Part shown: positions 61,124-64,000 of the stretch, in pieces | Layout of the letters: each line of letters opens with the position of its first letter | Numbering within the stretch: position 1 is the first letter of the stretch | Source of the DNA: an uncultured Dictyoglomota bacterium | Lineage (GTDB): Bacteria > Dictyoglomota > Dictyoglomia > Dictyoglomales > Dictyoglomaceae | Assembly (NCBI GenBank): GCA_964654465.1 | Contig: CAZZIO010000040.1 | Coordinates: forward strand, 32,001 to 96,000 | DNA: 64,000 nt | Reading direction: 5' to 3' | The notes under the pieces: model-generated | Database searches by the model: none | What the model saw: only the letters and a program-made list of their open reading frames with translations | What the model was told of the DNA's origin: nothing | Position numbers and translations under genes: made by a program

Positions 61124-62182
61124 TTAAAAAACTGAAGAAATTCTTTGTAACCTGCTTAAAGCCTCTCTTATTTTTTTAGCTCTCACCTCCCCAACCCCTT
61201 CTATATTATCAAGATCCTCGAAACTACTTTCTATAATTTTAGGCAAACTACCAAAATATTCTACAATATTATCAATAATAGCAGACGGAATAGATGTTAT
61301 TCGATTTAGAATTCTATAACCTCTTGGTGTTACTAATATACTTATTTCTATCTCTTCTTTCTTGTATCCCAATATCTCACCTGCAACTATAGCAAACTCT
61401 TGAAAATTTCCTTTGAAATTATCTAAAAGCTCCTTCAAAATTTCATCTGCTTCAGTAGGCTTCCTCTTGTAATCTTTTATAACCAAAATTGTCTCTTCCT
61501 TAACACCTGCAAGTAAAGCTTCTAACTGTATTTCAATTAACCTTCCTTCTATGCCAAGTTCTATAAGATAATTCTCTACTTCTTTATGAATTGTGAATAG
61601 CATACATGCCCTATGCAAAAATATAAGCACATCATAAAGGTTGACTTGATTTTCCAATTCTAAAGAATTTAACCTATTCAAAAGATCATCATATATATTC
61701 CTGTATCTTTCCATAGTTTGAAGCGCTTGAGAGGCTTTAGTTAATATTTCTCCTACATCTCTTAGAACATACTTCCAATCATTCTGAAAAAGGGTAATCG
61801 TATCCTTTCTTTGAGAAACACTAATAACTAAACATCCTATCTGCCTTGCCACTCTTTCTGCTGTAGCATGTCTTGCTCCTGTTTCAGAAGAAGGAATATT
61901 GGGATCAGGTAATAACATCACATTTGCATAAAGAATTTTCTTTGCTTCTTTACTCAGTATTATTGCTCCATCCATCTTTGAAAGCTCATAAAGCCTATTG
62001 GGGGTAAATTCTATATCTAGTGGAAATCCACCATTCATAATTGGTTTAAGTTTCTCTGACTCTCCTATTACTATTAATGCTCCGGTTTTTGCTTTTACAA
62101 TCTGCTCTAAGCTTTCCCTTAAGGGTGTACCTGGAGCCACAAACTTCAATGCTTGTACAACAAATTTTTTTGGCTCTGCCAT
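61124..62182 (-). CDS. disA: DNA integrity scanning diadenylate cyclase
   Basis: APGTPLRE, ELSKMDGAII, PRGYR, C-terminal HhH GVGEVRA; the RHR motif reads RHA. Confidence 0.93.
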   Translation of the reverse strand: MAEPKKFVVQALKFVAPGTPLRESLEQIVKAKTGALIVIGESEKLKPIMNGGFPLDIEFTPNRLYELSKMDGAIILSKEAKKILYANVMLLPDPNIPSSETGARHATAERVARQIGCLVISVSQRKDTITLFQNDWKYVLRDVGEILTKASQALQTMERYRNIYDDLLNRLNSLELENQVNLYDVLIFLHRACMLFTIHKEVENYLIELGIEGRLIEIQLEALLAGVKEETILVIKDYKRKPTEADEILKELLDNFKGNFQEFAIVAGEILGYKKEEIEISILVTPRGYRILNRITSIPSAIIDNIVEYFGSLPKIIESSFEDLDNIEGVGEVRAKKIREALSRLQRISSVF

Positions 62183-62183
62183 T

Positions 62184-63533
62184 TTAACCCCACACCTTCT
62201 CTATTTCTAAAATATTAGAAACAGGAATGAAATAAAAATCCTCTTGATCTATAATTTTACTTTTAGAAGGAATTATTGCTTTTATAAAACCAAATTTCTT
62301 TGCTTCCAAAATTCTCTTTTCTAAATGTGGTATACTTCTTACTTCTCCTCCTAATCCTATCTCACCTATTGCTATCAAATCATGGGGAAGAGGTTTATCC
62401 TTTAGAGCAGAGAGTATGGCCAACACTATCCCTAAATCAATTGCAGGCTCTTCAATTTTTAAGCCTCCTACTACATTGAGAAAAACATCTTTATCAGAAA
62501 AATTAATTCTAAGTTTTTTCTCTAAAACTGCTAAAAGAAGTATTACCTTATTCAAATCTATTCCTGATGTAATTCTTCTTGGATACGTTGTATTGGTTTT
62601 ACTAACCAATGCTTGTACTTCAACTAATAAAGGCTTTGTACCTTCCATTATTGGTATAACTATTGATCCTGATATAGCTAAATTCCTATTCTCAAGTAAT
62701 CTTTGAGAAATATCTTCAACTTCAATTAAACCCTCATCCTTCATCTCATAAAGCAGAAAGTCATTAGTTGGTCCAAACCTATTTTTTACAACCCTAAGTA
62801 CTCTCAAATCACTATATCTTTCCCCTTCCAGATACAAGACCACATCCACTAAATGTTCTAATAATTTTGGACCTGCTATATCTCCTTCCTTTGTTACATG
62901 GCCTACTAAAATTACAGGGATCTTTGTTTTTTTTGCAAAATTTACCATCTTATTAGTACATTCCCTTACTTGAACTACATTACCAGGAGATGTAGGAAAT
63001 TCAGAGGAATAAACAGTTTGAATAGAATCCACAATTACCAAAGAATAATCAGATTTTTCTATAAAGGGTAAAATCGCCTCAATATCCCTTTCACATACAA
63101 AATCTATTTGAAGATTTGAACTATTTTTTGAAACTCTCTTAAGCCTAATTCCTACTTGCGAAAGAGTCTCTTCTGCCGATAAATATAAAACCTTTGCATT
63201 TTTACTCTGAATAGCAACAGCAATTTGTAAAAGTAGAGTAGATTTTCCTATCCCTGGTTCTCCACTTAATAAAATTACAGCCCCCTCAACAATCCCCCCT
63301 CCCAATATAAAATCAAATCCTCTTAACCCACTTTGTAGTCTTTTCTCTTCTAGTTGTGATATAGAATCTAATCTTACAACTTTTAAATTTTCTTCACCTT
63401 TTAATGTTTTACTTTCCTTTTCAGAAATTTCTATAAAGGAATTCCAACTTTGACAGTTAGGACATCTGCCAAACCATCTTATACTTTCGTATCCACATAC
63501 TTGACATACAAATTTAGTTTTGATTTTCGTCAT
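62184..63533 (-). CDS. radA: DNA repair protein RadA/Sms
   Basis: CxxC-CxxC zinc finger, GEPGIGKSTL, DSIQ, KNRFG, GEIGLGGEVR. Confidence 0.97.
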   Translation of the reverse strand: MTKIKTKFVCQVCGYESIRWFGRCPNCQSWNSFIEISEKESKTLKGEENLKVVRLDSISQLEEKRLQSGLRGFDFILGGGIVEGAVILLSGEPGIGKSTLLLQIAVAIQSKNAKVLYLSAEETLSQVGIRLKRVSKNSSNLQIDFVCERDIEAILPFIEKSDYSLVIVDSIQTVYSSEFPTSPGNVVQVRECTNKMVNFAKKTKIPVILVGHVTKEGDIAGPKLLEHLVDVVLYLEGERYSDLRVLRVVKNRFGPTNDFLLYEMKDEGLIEVEDISQRLLENRNLAISGSIVIPIMEGTKPLLVEVQALVSKTNTTYPRRITSGIDLNKVILLLAVLEKKLRINFSDKDVFLNVVGGLKIEEPAIDLGIVLAILSALKDKPLPHDLIAIGEIGLGGEVRSIPHLEKRILEAKKFGFIKAIIPSKSKIIDQEDFYFIPVSNILEIEKVWG

Positions 63534-63541
63534 TTACATTT

Positions 63542-64000
63542 TTATTTAGATGGCTCCTTTGCTAAAGTGACTTTTTTGAAAACAATATTACCATCTTTAC
63601 TAAGTTCTGCCTTTATAATATCTCCTTCATTAAAATCGCCCTGAAGGATAAACTCAGCAAGTGGATCTTCAATATAATATTGAATAGTTCTCTTCAATGG
63701 TCTTGCACCATATTGAGGATCATACCCTTTTTCTAATAAGAATTCTTTTACATCATCAGAAAGTTCTATATCTAATTTTTTTTCTCTCAATCTTTCTCTA
63801 ACTGGTTTCAAAAGAAGATCTAATATTTTTCTAAGATCTTCCCTTGTTAATGGTCTAAAGAAGACAATCTCGTCCAATCTATTCAAGAATTCAGGTCTGA
63901 AATATTTCTTCATTTCCGAAAGGATAGTTTCCTTTATCTTATCAAAGGATTTTTCTCGATCCTCTTTTGAGGCAAACCCTATTGTAGCTTCTTGTTTGAA
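63542..64000 (-). CDS. clpC: ATP-dependent Clp protease ATP-binding subunit, C-terminal part (5' end outside window)
   Basis: Frame open to the window edge: FKQEATIGFASKE...FRPEFLNRLDE...YGARPLKR. IGF ClpP-docking loop; clpC-radA-disA synteny. Confidence 0.88.
   Translation of the reverse strand, partial: FKQEATIGFASKEDREKSFDKIKETILSEMKKYFRPEFLNRLDEIVFFRPLTREDLRKILDLLLKPVRERLREKKLDIELSDDVKEFLLEKGYDPQYGARPLKRTIQYYIEDPLAEFILQGDFNEGDIIKAELSKDGNIVFKKVTLAKEPSK

Overview
AT-rich, very gene-dense core-genome segment of a bacterium. Gene content and protein style best fit a thermophilic anaerobe such as Dictyoglomus (inference, not verified). About 65 CDSs, mostly on the minus strand. Order: prfB (5' part, programmed +1 frameshift), secA, hpf, comF-like, wecB, speB, an AdoMetDC paralog, the purB-S-Q-L-F-M-N-D operon and eno. 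Then a plus-strand block: PRTase, NUDIX-GT4 fusion, NTase-PGM fusion, membrane pyrophosphatase, ileS (type 2) and a BtuFCD-like ABC transporter. Then the yicC-remA-gmk-rpoZ-priA-def-fmt-rsmB-rlmN-rpe cluster, rsmI-plsX-pilT, a GT4 plus uncharacterised partner, speD-speE-aroK-aroQ, and the long clpC-radA-disA-ispDF-xerD-deoB-pdp-trpS-scpAB-rluB-rodZ-rimO-pgsA-thpR run. I found no rRNA, tRNA, CRISPR array or mobile element. Highlights not in the ORF track: (1) a tandem guanine plus ykkC-type (PRPP) riboswitch sharing one terminator in front of the pur operon, with a compact second aptamer; (2) two microproteins between speE and aroK, one a 41-aa peptide with a duplicated CCxxCPxYxxC motif; (3) a GC-rich GNRA hairpin built from atypical codons inside speB; (4) a likely neofunctionalised AdoMetDC paralog (arginine decarboxylase) and a Thermus-type SpeE. 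Also notable are a helicase-degenerate PriA and a DisA with an altered RHR motif.
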